In this document: positions 26,101 through 38,615 of the stretch, piece by piece | Layout: every line of letters begins with the position of its first letter | Numbering within the stretch: the first letter of the stretch is position 1 | Position numbers and translations under genes: made by a program | Assembly (NCBI GenBank): GCA_025603075.1 | Contig: MU626286.1 | Coordinates: 62,001 to 126,000 of the forward strand | Direction of reading: 5' to 3' | DNA length: 64,000 bases | Origin: Neoconidiobolus thromboides FSU 785 | Lineage: Eukaryota; Fungi; Entomophthoromycota | The notes under the pieces: model-generated | The model's database searches: none | The model's input: the letters and a program-made list of their open reading frames with translations, nothing else | What the model was told of the DNA's origin: nothing

Positions 26101-29100
26101 ATATTGTTTCATGTTTTCAACAGAAGGAGAGATTAATTTATTATTGGTATAAGGCATTACCTTTAAATCTTCTTCTGGTACTTGAAAACATTTACGATAG
26201 TAATCCCTTACAATAAATCCTCGAATTTTAGCTTGTAATTCAATAACTTGATTACTATGAAAATGCATTTCTGATAAACAATAAGTCCATTTTCTTTGTA
26301 CTAAAATCCGCCTTGATAAGGCTTGAAATTTATATAAATGATCAAAGAAACCTTCAGCTTGGGCTCTTGCTTCTAGTACTTTAGGTAAAAATTGATGACG
26401 AATTAATACTTTTCGTGCTACTGCTTGAATCTGTTGAACTAATTGAATATCAATACATTCTCTAATTGTACGAATTTGATAAATAGGTTCCATAGTATAC
26501 AATCGAGTTAAACAACCTCTACCAATGGCTTGTAATGCTTTAATTGATGTTTGATATTGTTTTAATTGATTATCTAATTCTTTCTTTCTTTTTCTTTGTT
26601 GTATACCACGAACATAACTTTGTGCCATTACTATAAAAGGTTCATACCTTTCCCATTCAAATGGTATTTCTTCTTCTTTATTATCATTATTATTTAAATC
26701 TCTTGAATCTTCAATTAAGATAGTATCAAATGAATAAGATTCTAATTCTAATTTTGGGTTGTTTTGTTGAGTATCAATTTGTTTTATTACTTTTTCTTCA
26801 ATTTGATTATCTAGACTTTCTGAATTAGGTGATAGTGTATAAATTAAACTATTTGCTTTAGTAACTGCTAATTCTGATGATTTATTTCCAATATTATCAT
26901 CTGATTCTAAATCTAATATTTCTTCTTCTGTTTTTGGTGAATTAGTCAAATCACTATCTAGTTTTAACATAGGTACTCCTGGGCTTGAATTAGAACTACT
27001 ACTTCCCTTATCAGTGGATATATCAAAACTCAATTCAACTATCTTTTCCTTTACTAACTCTTGATTCTTTAATTTATCATCCTCCTTAATCTCTTTTTTA
27101 ATAATTTTAGTTTCCAATTTAGGCTGATATCTTCTTTCACTACTAATAGCATTATTACCATTATTATTATCATTACTATTACTACTATTACTACTACTAT
27201 TATTATTATTATTACTCCCATTAAATTGATCTGATAAAATAGTTTTCCTATTTGAAGTATTGTTTTGTTTATCTAATTTTTGATCCATATTGTTAATAAA
27301 TTTAGCAAATTTCGATGATAAAGAATCAGAACCGTTTAATCTTAAACTTGAAGCTGGTGATGTTTGAGTAGTTTTTATATTGGCATCATAAGTTTGAGTA
27401 GTTGCAAAGGTCATCCTTGATACTCCTTTGGGACCATGACGTAATGAACTAGATTGTTTAATTAGACTCAAATTCATACTAGATCCTTTAGAAGGTAATG
27501 TTTTTAAGCCATATAATTTTTGATAATCTCTTATCGGTTTTTTACTTAAGCTGTCACTATTTGAAGATACACTAGATTTAAATTTAGATTTATCTTTATC
27601 TTCTGTTATTATACTAGAGGAAGTTAGCTCAACTCGACTGGTGGTACTATTAGTATAGGTACTACTGCTTGAAAGTTTATTTAAATTTAAAGTGTTAGGT
27701 TTATCTTCTAAACTTTGATCTGAATTCTTTGAATTCTTCAAAGTATCTTCATTACTCAATGAGGACTTCTTAATTGAATCAATAAATAATTTCTTTTTAT
27801 TATTACCTCTTAATAAACCACCTTTATATTTTTGTTTGTTAATAATAGTTGAATCCTTTTTAAACTCTTGAATCCTTTTTAATATAGATTCCGATTTTAA
27901 ATTTTTGACTAGAGTAGTACTTTGACTGGATGGTATACTTTTAAATTGAAAATTTTGAAAAATAGAGCCATTGTAACTATTTGAAGATGGACTTATCATT
28001 GATTGTTTAGATTGAACTTCTTTTGCTGTAATAAAACTAGCATCATCAGGTGAAGTATCTCTATTTGGACTAGATAATTGATCATTAATTTTAGGTTCTA
28101 AGTTTAAAGCAACAGGTACTTTCTTTATTATTATTGATTTAGTATCACTATCTGAAGTAGTAGAAGTATTAATTTTAGCTTCATCTAATCGCATTTGGAA
28201 TTTTCTTGATTTTCTTTTGCCAACTACTCGATAGCTGGCTGTTGATAACTTTGGACTATTACTTTTTAATGTTGAATTTGGGTTTTTATATGTTATATGA
28301 GACAATATTGAACGAGATTGTTTAGATTTAGAATTCAAGCTATTACTTAATCCAATACTTTTACTTGAATTGAGATTAAGTGCCAACGGTGATGAATTTA
28401 ATGTAGATGGATTAGAACGAGAAGTTGATTTAACATTAAATTCCTTATTCTTATAAGATAATCCTAAACTAGGTTTAAAAGTAACATCAGTAAATCCATT
28501 TTTAATTAAGTTAATAGCTGAATTAGTAGTCAATGTAGCTGTATGAGAAGGAATCATTCTTATTGATTTATTTCGAATACTATTATTGTTGGATTTTTTA
28601 CCGCTTTTACTTATACTTCCTTCCTTTCTGAATTTAGTTTTCAAGCTATTTTTAAGTGTACTACTCTTCTTTTTAATTCTTAATGAGGCTGTACCTTCCA
28701 TAGCTCTACTTAGATCATAACTTACATTTAAAAAGGCTGGAAAATGATATCCATTTATATCCAACTCTTTTTTAGTTAACTGTAGTTGATCATCTAAAAT
28801 AAAACAAAAAGTTAATAAGTATATTCTTAAAATATAAGATTTAATAAAATTACCAGTGAAATCTAAATAACCAACTAAATCCTGAATATTAGTAGTGAGT
28901 CCTTTTTTATAAAGTAAATGACTAATTAATAAATTAATAATTATTATTATTGTTGCTATTATTATTTATAGGTTACCTAAGAGCATGGATACAATAAATC
29001 ACTTTAGGTATATTTTTACGAGAATAAAGATCCGTTAATTCAAACAAGAAGACCTAAGAATACAATAAGTCTAAATATACATTTTTCAAATAATCAACAT

Positions 29101-29553
29101 TACCTGAGGTAAACCGATAGCTTTACAAGCTTCCAAGAAAAAATGGATATTATCGGAATGTTTATATGTTAGTTTTTCACCAAAATAAATTTTTTTAACT
29201 GAAGTAGGATGAAATATTTTGGCTAATTTAGCTAACAAAATGCCATTCTGTAAACTAAAACCTTCAAAATCAATCTCTTCAATTTCGATTTCTAAACAAG
29301 TTTCCAACCATTGTTTAGCTTCTGATAAATGACATAAATATTCATAGGCTTGTAAATGACTTCGTTCAATTTCCATCCAATTTTTTTTATAAGAACGTGT
29401 ATCATATAAGGGTAATTCAGAACCACATGGACTCAATTTTAACGGTGTTATTAACTGATTGATCGACGTCCCCGAATGTTTTTGTAATCGCATTCGTCCA
29501 CTCATCCCCTGTACGCTGGGATCTTCGAAAATGGAGGTGACTTTAGAATCCAT
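23171..29553 (-). CDS. IQG1: IQGAP-family protein (CH domain, IQ motifs, RasGAP-related domain, RasGAP_C)
   Basis: LQAYEYLCHLSEAKQWLE (CH lead-in), YKHSDNIHFF, IQ motifs (AQSYVRG, LQAIGRG, LQAKIRG), RLEGYQQLFYLLQTQPIYL, GHLVYYRYINPAIVAPE; ends VNVNLLLHFINKKFYI. Confidence 0.93.
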
Positions 29554-29746
29554 GACAGATATTGTTATGATTGATAATGTTTATTAGTTATTAGTTAGTT
29601 ATATTTGCATACACTTTGAAAGTTGAGTTGATGTGCTTTTTAATGATTTAAAATAGTATGATATGTTGTATGATTTGTTAAAGCTTTATAAATTCTAATT
29701 CTAATATATATGAAATAATGGTTTAATAGATCAACTATAATATCTA

Positions 29747-29818
29747 AAATAAAATAAAATAAAATAAAAATAAAATAAAATAAAATAATAAAAAGAAATA
29801 AAGAAATAAAGAAATAAA
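29747..29818 (+). repeat. (TAAAA)n followed by (AAGAAATA)n simple repeats
   Basis: Read directly upstream of the IQGAP start. Confidence 0.75.
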
Positions 29819-30673
29819 AATTAATAATATGACAATACTAATAATAAATAAATCAACAAATTTAAATAGTCAATAAAACTTATTGACATGTTATGAATTT
29901 TGAGCATTATTTTTATTAACGTTAGCCATTTTTTCTAAGAAATTTTCTTTAAGCACATTTTTTTTGTTGATTGATTTATAACGGTAAATTTCAATGAGTC
30001 TCTTAAAATAGTAAATTAGTTAAAATTTTGTGCATTTTTGTTAAAATTAAATCACTTTACAGCTGCAGAATTTGGTTAAATCACGTTGCTTCTTTTTGTG
30101 GCGTAAATTAGTTATGATTTTGTAAAAAAATACGTTGTTGAAAAAAGAGTTTCTAAATTGAATTTTTAATAGCATTGTATAATTGAGATAATATAAATTT
30201 TTTGAGATTAGGTATAGACCCAGTTTCTTTGGCTTTTACTATTATATTAGAGAAGATTTAATTCATCATTTTTTTAATGTTAACAAATTATAACTCCCTA
30301 TTTGTACTTGAAATAAAAGTTATTCAATTCATTTTTAAATGTTTATTAACTTACAACCTCCTACACTTATATTCTAATACAAAATCTACCAATTTTGATT
30401 TTCTATTAAAGATTTAAAAATATTTTGTTTCCTCCTTCTATTTACGTACTTATGTTTTGAGATAAATATTAATCCAAGTCTGATTTCTTATATTATATAT
30501 TATAAAGGTCATAAAAGAGCTTAGCTCCCGGCTATTTTAACTTATTACAAAATCTTAAATCATTCAATCAAAAAGCTAATTTATTGTTTAAATTACTAAG
30601 CTATAAAAGCTACAATACAGATTATAAAAAAAATTCAATGCTACATGGCACAAAATATTCCTCAAAAAATAAA

Positions 30674-31318
30674 TTATTTCTTTCCCCTGCTTCTAGTAGC
30701 TGGTTTCTTAGTGGGGGTACCTTTAGGTGTGGATTGCTTGGTAGTAGCTGTTTTCTTTGATACGGTTTTCTTAACTGGAGTAGCTTTCTTTGGTGCAGCT
30801 ACTGGTGCTTTCCTGGTAGCTGGTGCTTTTCTAGTAGAAGCTACTTTAGATTTAGCTACAGCTACTTTCTTTTTACTAACTACTGGCTTCTTTGCTACTG
30901 GTTTTTTAGCAACTGGTTTTTTAGCTACGGGTTTCTTAGCTACGGGTTTTTTGGTTACAGCAGCTGTTTTTGGTGCAGCCTTATCTTTAGAAGTTTTCTT
31001 AAAACGTTGACCTATATAGATTAATATCTAAGTTAATAAATTAAAAAAGAAAAAAGCTACCATCTTGAACTAAGCTACCATTTTCAGTACCACGTTTTAA
31101 TGCCAATCGAATGTTGGTTTTAGCAATTTTATCTTCCACTTTATAAGATTCAACAATGTATTTATGAATGGCTGGACGAGAACAACCTTTACGATCTTTG
31201 ATATTTGTTATAGCTTCCTAACATTATTAGATTAATTTTACAGCATATAATAACTACTTACACTAATCATCTCAAGATAAGTTGGACGACCGGACTTTGA
31301 TACAGACTTGGCTACCAT
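30674..31318 (-). CDS. HHO1: Linker histone H1
   Basis: MVAKSVSKSGRPTYLEMIS/EAITNIKDRKGCSRPAIHKYIVESYKV (H15 globular domain), then a KKPVAK-repeat tail. Two introns. Confidence 0.92.
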
Positions 31319-32421
31319 AATGTTATTAATTTAAAATTTGAAGTTTAAAAAAGTTTTATAAAAATACTTCAATTTTTCCTAATTTTATTGTTTATATAAT
31401 TTTTTCCACTCATTTTTTGTAATCCAAAGCTAGATCAACTGAAAGTTGTTCAATTTGAATTTGACCGATTCAAATAATAGCCAATAAAAAGCTGAGTTGG
31501 ACTCGAGTTTTAGGTACTTTATGCTACTTAATTTACCTAAATTTCTTTCAATTCAAACTTAATTAATTTTTAAAGCGTCAGCTTTTTTTAGCAAATTACT
31601 TATTATGATTGGATAATTTTTCAATATTCTTCAATTTAAAAATTGGACATAAAATATCAAACACGAACTTTGAAGGTCGCGTTCTATCAATGGTAGCAGT
31701 ATATACAGAGTGTATAAATATCATTCATAATTTATTTGTTTTATTCAATTTTAAAGTTTGAAGGAATATGCTTAAAAAATATTGGATTTCAAAAGCTTCT
31801 CCACATGGCTTTATAAGGTATTAAAGTTAATGACTTAAAATATACATAATCAGAAAGTAAGACACCTCTATCTTTAAGGCCAAATAGCGTTACCAATAGT
31901 ATAAATAATACCCTACGTATTATATATATAATCATAGATATACATTTGGAGAATATAATAGCTTGTTTTCCTACCAAATTTTTATAACTAAAATTCGATA
32001 TAATATCACTTTAAACTTTATTTTAAAACAATTCAAAATTATAGTTGAATTTAAATTTTCAAAAATCTATTATTGTCTACTTTTAATTGAAACAGTCTAT
32101 AAATATTATAATTTAATATTACAGTTTAGGTTAGTTTAATGCCAAAAGCCTATAGAATTAATGCCAATATAAAATTATCAGCCTCTAAAGCACTAATCTA
32201 TTATCATCTTTACTTCCCCATCTACTGCTTTATCATCTCCTCAATTTTTTTTCATTTTTTATTTTAGAACTAAAACTAGAAGTTGATTGGCTCTTACAAA
32301 AAAAGTAAAATAGCTATTTTCGAAATATTTTATAAGCAAAGCATAATTTTATAAAATAATAAATAGTAATAAAATTTATATTAAAATCAATTGATTAAGT
32401 TTATTAATTAATTTATTTAAC

Positions 32422-34011
32422 CTAATGCCCACCTACTGTAGGAACAACATTATCTTTTAAAGGAATATGTTTAAGAAATAGAGTAGAGATAAAAGATAAT
32501 GCAGCATAAGGGATCATAGAGAGATATAAATATTTGAAAGCGAGACAGTAAGCTTCAAAAACTAAATGCTGTTGTTGGTCTGATAATGTACGAATATTTG
32601 CAATAGAGCTTAAAATAAATTTAGGGTCAATAGTAGGAATCAATTCAGTCAATCCAGAAGCTAAACGATTGTTAAATACTGCTCCTTGAATTGCTAATCC
32701 AAACAACCCTCCTAATAAATTACTAAAATAAACCATAGAAGTAGAAAGAGCAATGTCTTCTGTTGTTGAAGCTGCTTGTGCAACCATTACATTATTTTGA
32801 TAGCATAAACCAACACCAATACCATTGATAAGTGCATATATAATTTCTTCTGCTCGTGTTAAATCTACTCTAAAAAGAGCACCAAATAAACTAGCACCAA
32901 TAACTTGGATAGCACCAGCAATAATCGAAAGGAAACGATATTTTCCGGTTTTTGTGGTAATTGCGCCAGTAACAAAATTACAAGCAACAGCACCTAATAA
33001 TAAAGGTAAAAGTTCTAAACCTGCATTGGTGGCATTTTGACCTTTTACTACTTGATAATAAATTGGTAAATAATAAATTGATACCATAAGTAATGCACCA
33101 ATAAAAAAGGAAGTGATATAAGCTGAAATAGTATTACGGTTTAAAATCCTACCAGGTACGATGGGTTCTTTAGCTACTTTAACTTCAACATATACGAAAA
33201 TAATTAAAAATACTACTGCTAATACTAAAGTCACAATAACTGGAGCTGAAATCCATTCATATTCGGCACCTCCCCAAGTAAGTCCCAATACCAAACAAAT
33301 AGTAAAGCAAGTTAAAGTAAAAGCTCCAAGGAAATCAATTCGTTTGAGCTTGTCGCTTATTTTTCCTTGTGGAATAGGAAGATCTAAAAAGAAGACTACA
33401 ACTAAAATAGTTATAGCACAAATTGGGATATTGATATAAAATGCCCATCTCCAAGTGACATGATCTGTAAATGCACCGCCGATTAAAGGTCCAATAATTG
33501 ATGCAATAGCAAAAATACCACCAGCTAAAGCTAAAAACATACCTCGTTTTCTTGGTGGAATAATATCGGACATAATAATTACTGATAAAGAATAGAGACC
33601 ACCACCACCTATCCCACTAATAGCACGAAATATAACCAAAGTAATCATATCCGGTGCTGCTCCACAGACAATGGAACCAATAGTAAATATTGATAAAGCA
33701 AATAAGACAGTATATTTACGACCAAAGATATCAGACAGTTTACCATACAAAGGTTGAAATGCAGTTGAAGTTAATAAATAAGAAGCCGCTACCCAAGTCA
33801 CTAAATCTAAAGCTCCAAATTCCGAAACTATACTCGCCATAGCAGTTGAAACAATAGTGTTGTCTAATGAAGATATAAAAATAGATAACACTAAACCAAA
33901 GATTAAGGCATTTAATTTTAAGCCTGATAGTTTGGGTTGTTCAATATTATTTCCTGTTTCAGTTGATTTTTCATTTATTGTAAAAGCATCTTCAATATTG
34001 GCAGGATCCAT
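32422..34011 (-). CDS. MFS drug:H+ antiporter, 14-TMS DHA2 type, intronless
   Basis: SLDNTIVSTA, PLYGKLSDIFGRK (motif A), GPLIGGAFTDHVTWRWAFYINIPI. Confidence 0.93.
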   Translation of the reverse strand: MDPANIEDAFTINEKSTETGNNIEQPKLSGLKLNALIFGLVLSIFISSLDNTIVSTAMASIVSEFGALDLVTWVAASYLLTSTAFQPLYGKLSDIFGRKYTVLFALSIFTIGSIVCGAAPDMITLVIFRAISGIGGGGLYSLSVIIMSDIIPPRKRGMFLALAGGIFAIASIIGPLIGGAFTDHVTWRWAFYINIPICAITILVVVFFLDLPIPQGKISDKLKRIDFLGAFTLTCFTICLVLGLTWGGAEYEWISAPVIVTLVLAVVFLIIFVYVEVKVAKEPIVPGRILNRNTISAYITSFFIGALLMVSIYYLPIYYQVVKGQNATNAGLELLPLLLGAVACNFVTGAITTKTGKYRFLSIIAGAIQVIGASLFGALFRVDLTRAEEIIYALINGIGVGLCYQNNVMVAQAASTTEDIALSTSMVYFSNLLGGLFGLAIQGAVFNNRLASGLTELIPTIDPKFILSSIANIRTLSDQQQHLVFEAYCLAFKYLYLSMIPYAALSFISTLFLKHIPLKDNVVPTVGGH

Positions 34012-34989
34012 TTTAGTTTGATGGCTAATTTAAAAGCAAAAAGTTTACCAGTTTCAAAATCAATCTCTTTTATAGTTTTTTAATTTATATTATTAATTTT
34101 ATTCTTATTGTTTTTACTTTAACATGTCAAAGGAGTTCAATTCCTGTAGAATATTTTGCTTAGAATTCCCGATAACAAGCTAATCTTAGTAAGTTTAATT
34201 AGTTGTTCTTGATTGGAGAATTTGGGGTATTAAATTAATCAAATATCAATAAAAATAAAATAGAGTTCTATTATATTAGGCTTATTATATTTTTATTATG
34301 AATTCATTATTAATTCTTTTTATATTAAAATAGGGGATTGTATTTTTATGTAGTAATTTAGAATTGCTATTTCCAATGATCTAATATAAATATTTAATTT
34401 TTAATTAAGTTTTATCCAAATGAGTTGCGTTAATTAACTTATTCCTTAAGTTTATCCCTTTAAATTACCCTTGTATTTCAAATAGTCGCTTTAGATTAAC
34501 AATAATTTTATGCATCAACTGTGTTTTTTATATTTATTTATAGTAGGTTGTAATATATTTTATTTAACATAAAAAAGAACATTTTGAGTGATAATTGAAT
34601 ATTTCTAAAAATAAAATATCTCAATACTTTAACCATTTTTGTCTATTTTCTGAAAACATACTTATTCCTGTGAACAAGTAATGAATTTATCTTAAAGAAA
34701 AGCTAAAGAAATTTCATTAATAAGACTCAATTGAAGATTTCTAATGAAAACGATAAAATGGCGGCCCATTGGAAGTCGTTGCATTTTTTGGTGGTAACTT
34801 TAATCGAATGCTCATCCTCTTATTTAATCAGAGCCATCCATTTCAAGAAAAGAACCTAAATAGGGATTTTTATGTTTTGTAATTTTATAATCAAGTAAAT
34901 TATTAAATCAATTATCAGAAAATGTACTATGGCAAAAATCTAAGAAAAGAACTACCTTCAATATAATTCCTTCTTTAAGCATTTAGTAT

Positions 34990-35610
34990 ATAAGTTGAAC
35001 AATTTCCCTAACATTTAATATTACTAATATGGTCCATGTATTTACTCAAATTACAATATTCCAATTGACTTTGGCTATTTATAGACAAAAAACATAAAGT
35101 TTCTAGACAAAAATAAAGATTGATGTTAGTTGATACAATATGATTTCCAACTAGATGGTTTTTATCTTTTAATTCAATATTAAGGTAACTTAATGAAGGT
35201 CCGAATAATTCACAAACTTTAGCTTCCATCTTTTATCATAGGAATTATACCCAAGATAAGGCATTGAAGTTAGTACAATTATTGGAGAGATGTAAGATTC
35301 AGCAAAGAAGAGGTATTAATGAATTTTAGATCTTTCTTTAGTATTATTACCCAATAATGCGCTATTTTTCTTTTTGTAAGTTGTATGTGATAGTATAGTT
35401 GCAGACTCTGTTAACATTATACCATCTTTAGTTTCAAAAGCTGGAGTTTGGCCCAATGGGGATTTTGTTAAATATTTGGAAGTTATGTTGTTTATACCAA
35501 ATAAAAAATTGGGGCAAGAATCTATTTCAATTTCATTAAGTCTAACGATTGCGATAATTTTTCTATTCGAGAATTTTTTAGTTCTTCGTATAAACGCTAT
35601 AAAGCATTAT
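34990..35610 (-). pseudogene. EF1B-gamma-type glutathione S-transferase-like pseudogene, copy 1
   Basis: Reads PNFLFGINNITSKYLTKSPLGQTPAFETKDGIMLTESA...LLGNNTKERSKIH*YLFFAE, then after a frameshift LNIELKDKNHLVGNHI (ORF 35008-35229). Resembles the EF1B-gamma GST N- and C-domains. Confidence 0.75.
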
Positions 35611-36078
35611 ATGTATAATAACATAAATATAGTGTACTAAACTTACACCGACTGATACCATAGCTGATTAATAATTAAAACCTCCATCTAATTAGTTATT
35701 TTAACTACTATTTATACTTACTTTATTAATAGTTAATTCAAGTAAATTAAAGGTATGAAATATTAAAATTGGACTAGGTTGTTTTACTATCCAGTTGTTT
35801 TATCAATAAAGATTAAAATGAGGCTTTATTATATCATCAACATAAAATTCAAAAGGTTGTTCATAATATCGATATAAGTTAACTCATATCTACACTATAA
35901 GCCATAGTTCAGTCTAATAATTTAATAAATTTTATTATAAGGTTGAATGTTTGAACATATCAAAGCTCCTATTTTTCTTTTTTATCTTAGTTGCTCTTTA
36001 ATAAATACGGAAAGCATTCGATTTTGTTAGTAAATCCTTGAATGAAAACATATTTTAAAAAAGTCTTATCAAATATTA

Positions 36079-36183
36079 TATGAGTATGTATTTTTTTTTG
36101 TTTAAGAATTTTACTGATAGCCTTTCCACCGAAATAACGCTTAAAAATGGAAGAAATAATGAAACTAAAAAAATACCCCCATA
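36079..36183 (+). mobile_element. MITE-like element, copy 8
   Basis: TATGAGTATGTATTTTT...TTAAGAATTTTACTG...AAATACCCCCATA. Confidence 0.85.
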
Positions 36184-36597
36184 TGGTATTTCTTACTATC
36201 TAAGTTGCGGTTTTTGTTAAAATCCTTCCCCGGTTCCCCAACAACTATTTTCTAGATTTTTGTTTTGTATTAGATCTTTTCATATCGTGACTGCCTTTTT
36301 TTGTTTCATTTCTTAAACAAAAAGAAATTAGAAAATATTGGCTGAATGCTAAGCAAGAAAAGTTGACAATTAGTAAGAAATTATATGTTACGTCCATAGG
36401 TTGAGGAATTGGAGATAAACGCACTGTCTCAGGAAACCAAAAATTGTTTATTTTTCAAGACTGCAACTTTTTAACAATATAGCTTAACAATCAATTAAAA
36501 ACGGATGGGTTTTTTAAATTATAAACCTGGTAAATAATGTGTTCGGATCTTGAGCTTAAAATTAAAAAATTAGTTAAAATTAAAAAACATTTAATTA

Positions 36598-36696
36598 TAT
36601 GAGGATGTTTTTTTTGATTTCATCACTTTTATATCTTTTAAGACCTATTTAAGTGGAAAGATTGTTAGTAAAATTCTCAAAAAATACATCCCCATA
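36598..36696 (-). mobile_element. MITE-like element, copy 9
   Basis: TATGAGGATGTTTTTTT...AAGTGGAAAGATTGTTAGTAAAATTC...ATACATCCCCATA. Confidence 0.82.
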
Positions 36697-37823
36697 TAAC
36701 GTTTTTAAAGTATATTCTTATAATAAGAATTTTATTATTTTTAGAAATTACTTATATATCAGGATAAAATAATAGTTTATTTATTTATGATTTATATCTG
36801 CAACTTAATTTAAACTTTTATTTTATTCTGATATATAATTTCTAACTCATATAACCCTTTTTCTGTTGGAATTATCGCTTTCCTGCTAACGACTCTGGAT
36901 TTGCTTCAATCTTACTGTTTATATTGAAGAATTCTTTCGAATTTTTTGTACTTTTCCACTATCTTTTTTGTGTAGCCAATCCTTTTACATTAATAGTTTC
37001 CTTTAACCTCTTTTTTGAGAAATAAACCCCTTAGCAATATTATAAGTAATATAATGTATATAGGTTGTTTTTTCTGTAGACAATCCTTGTTTGATGACCA
37101 TTACATACAAATACATTTCATCTTATTCTTGAAGACACACTTCTCCAGCTCTTATATTTCCTTTAGTTTTTTTCTCTTGATTAACAATGATTTTTTCGAA
37201 ACCGCAACTTATAGATAACTCATTATTACCTTCCCTTGTACTCTTTTTCTATTTAATTAATAGCTTCAATAAACTCCTTTTAGCTTTTTTCTTAATTTTA
37301 TAATATGACTGTTGATTACTATTGATTTGTTTCTTACTTACCTTTTTACCCATTAAGATTTAAAATTAAAATGGAATGAAACGTAATTTAAACTAAACAC
37401 TAATGTTTTAATTTTGACATTAAGTAAAAAAATTTAAATATTTTAAACTATGTTTTGCTTCTTACCTGATGGAATACTATGTTATCTTTCCAATTTTATA
37501 AAGTCTGAAGTCCTAAGCTTTGTACATTTGCTTTTTTTGTTAACAATTATAACAAAAACAATAGTAACTTAAGCAATAATCTTAAATCATTGTTAACTAT
37601 TTTATCTTTACTTCTTTCTAGGAATCTCTCTCTAAATAGCAATACTTCACTAAATATACTAATAATAAATCGCAACATCCTTTTGTCTTACTATGTCGAC
37701 GGTCTTTTGTCTATAAGATTAACATCTTATATTATTAAATACTGGAACTAGAAAGATATTTCTATATGCAATAAAGCCTAAAAAAATTATAATCATAAAA
37801 ATCAGACTGTTTCGAAAGCAATA

Positions 37824-37927
37824 TAAGGGGATGTATTTTTGTGTTTAAGAATTTTACTAATAGTTTTTCCACTCAAATAGCGCTTAAAAGATGGAAAAAG
37901 TAATGAAACCAAAAAAACACCCCCATA
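37824..37927 (+). mobile_element. MITE-like element, copy 10 (close to consensus)
   Basis: TAAGGGGATGTATTTTTGTGTTTAAGAATTTTACTAATAGTTTTTCCACTCAAATAGCGCTTAAAAGATGGAAAAAGTAATGAAACCAAAAAAACACCCCCATA. Confidence 0.9.
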
Positions 37928-37989
37928 AATTAAAATAAATCCAATTTTGTTTAATGTAAACTCCTCCTTGCTCTTTTTGGATAAATTTA

Positions 37990-38615
37990 GGATACTTGTC
38001 CAAATATTTATTACCCCCTAGTAACTTCTAATCTTTGACATATTATCCAGAATGCTCATATACCTACTAAAATCAGGATATTTCTTACGATCCTGTTTAC
38101 TTAATAGGAATGTAGTATTTCCTAACATAAATAAAGATTAATACCCATTATAGTGATCTGATTTCCGATTAAATATGTTTCCCAGTTAATTCATTATTAG
38201 GGTAATTTAGTAAATACTCAATTTGCTTATAATTTTTAGTTTGTAATGCTTCATCATATTCCCTATAACCAACATAAGGTAATAAAATTGGAATGAAAAT
38301 TTGAGAAATGAGAAATTCAGCAAAAAACAGATATCAATGAATTTTGAATGTTTCATTCGCATTTGGACCTAACAATGGGTTGTTTTCTTTTTGGGATGCT
38401 ATATACAATGGTATTGCTGCTAATTTTGTTAATATCAAACTATATTTGGTTTCAAATGCTGAGGTATGGCTTAAAGGAATGTTTTTACATATCCAGGAGT
38501 TCTGTTGTTTGTACCAAATAAAAAGTTGGGATCAAAGTCAATTTCTATTTCACATAGTTTGACAATGACTAAAGATTTGTACACTCGAAAGTTTTTTTAG
38601 ATCCGTATAAACACT
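37990..38615 (-). pseudogene. EF1B-gamma-type GST-like pseudogene, copy 2
   Basis: FRVYKSLVIVKLCEIEIDFDPNFLFGTNNRTPGYVK/PLSHTSAFETK...LLGPNANETFKIH*YLFFAE...TYLIGNQIT...KYPDFSRY. Colinear with copy 1; several frameshifts and stops. Confidence 0.78.

Noticed and set aside
30645-31010. 121-aa hydrophobic ORF with GFLAT repeats
   Set aside because: Antisense of the histone H1 Lys/Ala/Pro tail.
31700-31990. Coding-like remnants here and at about 6500-7050, 38650-39250 and 59700-60400
   Set aside because: They look like decayed genes (31966 and 59782 share TTTTCCTACCAAA), but I could not reconstruct a defensible frame or family.
38310-38340. In-frame TGA in the GST-like frame as selenocysteine or recoding
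   Set aside because: The paralog has TAA at the same site, both copies have additional frameshifts, and intact genes use TAA, TAG and TGA as normal stops.
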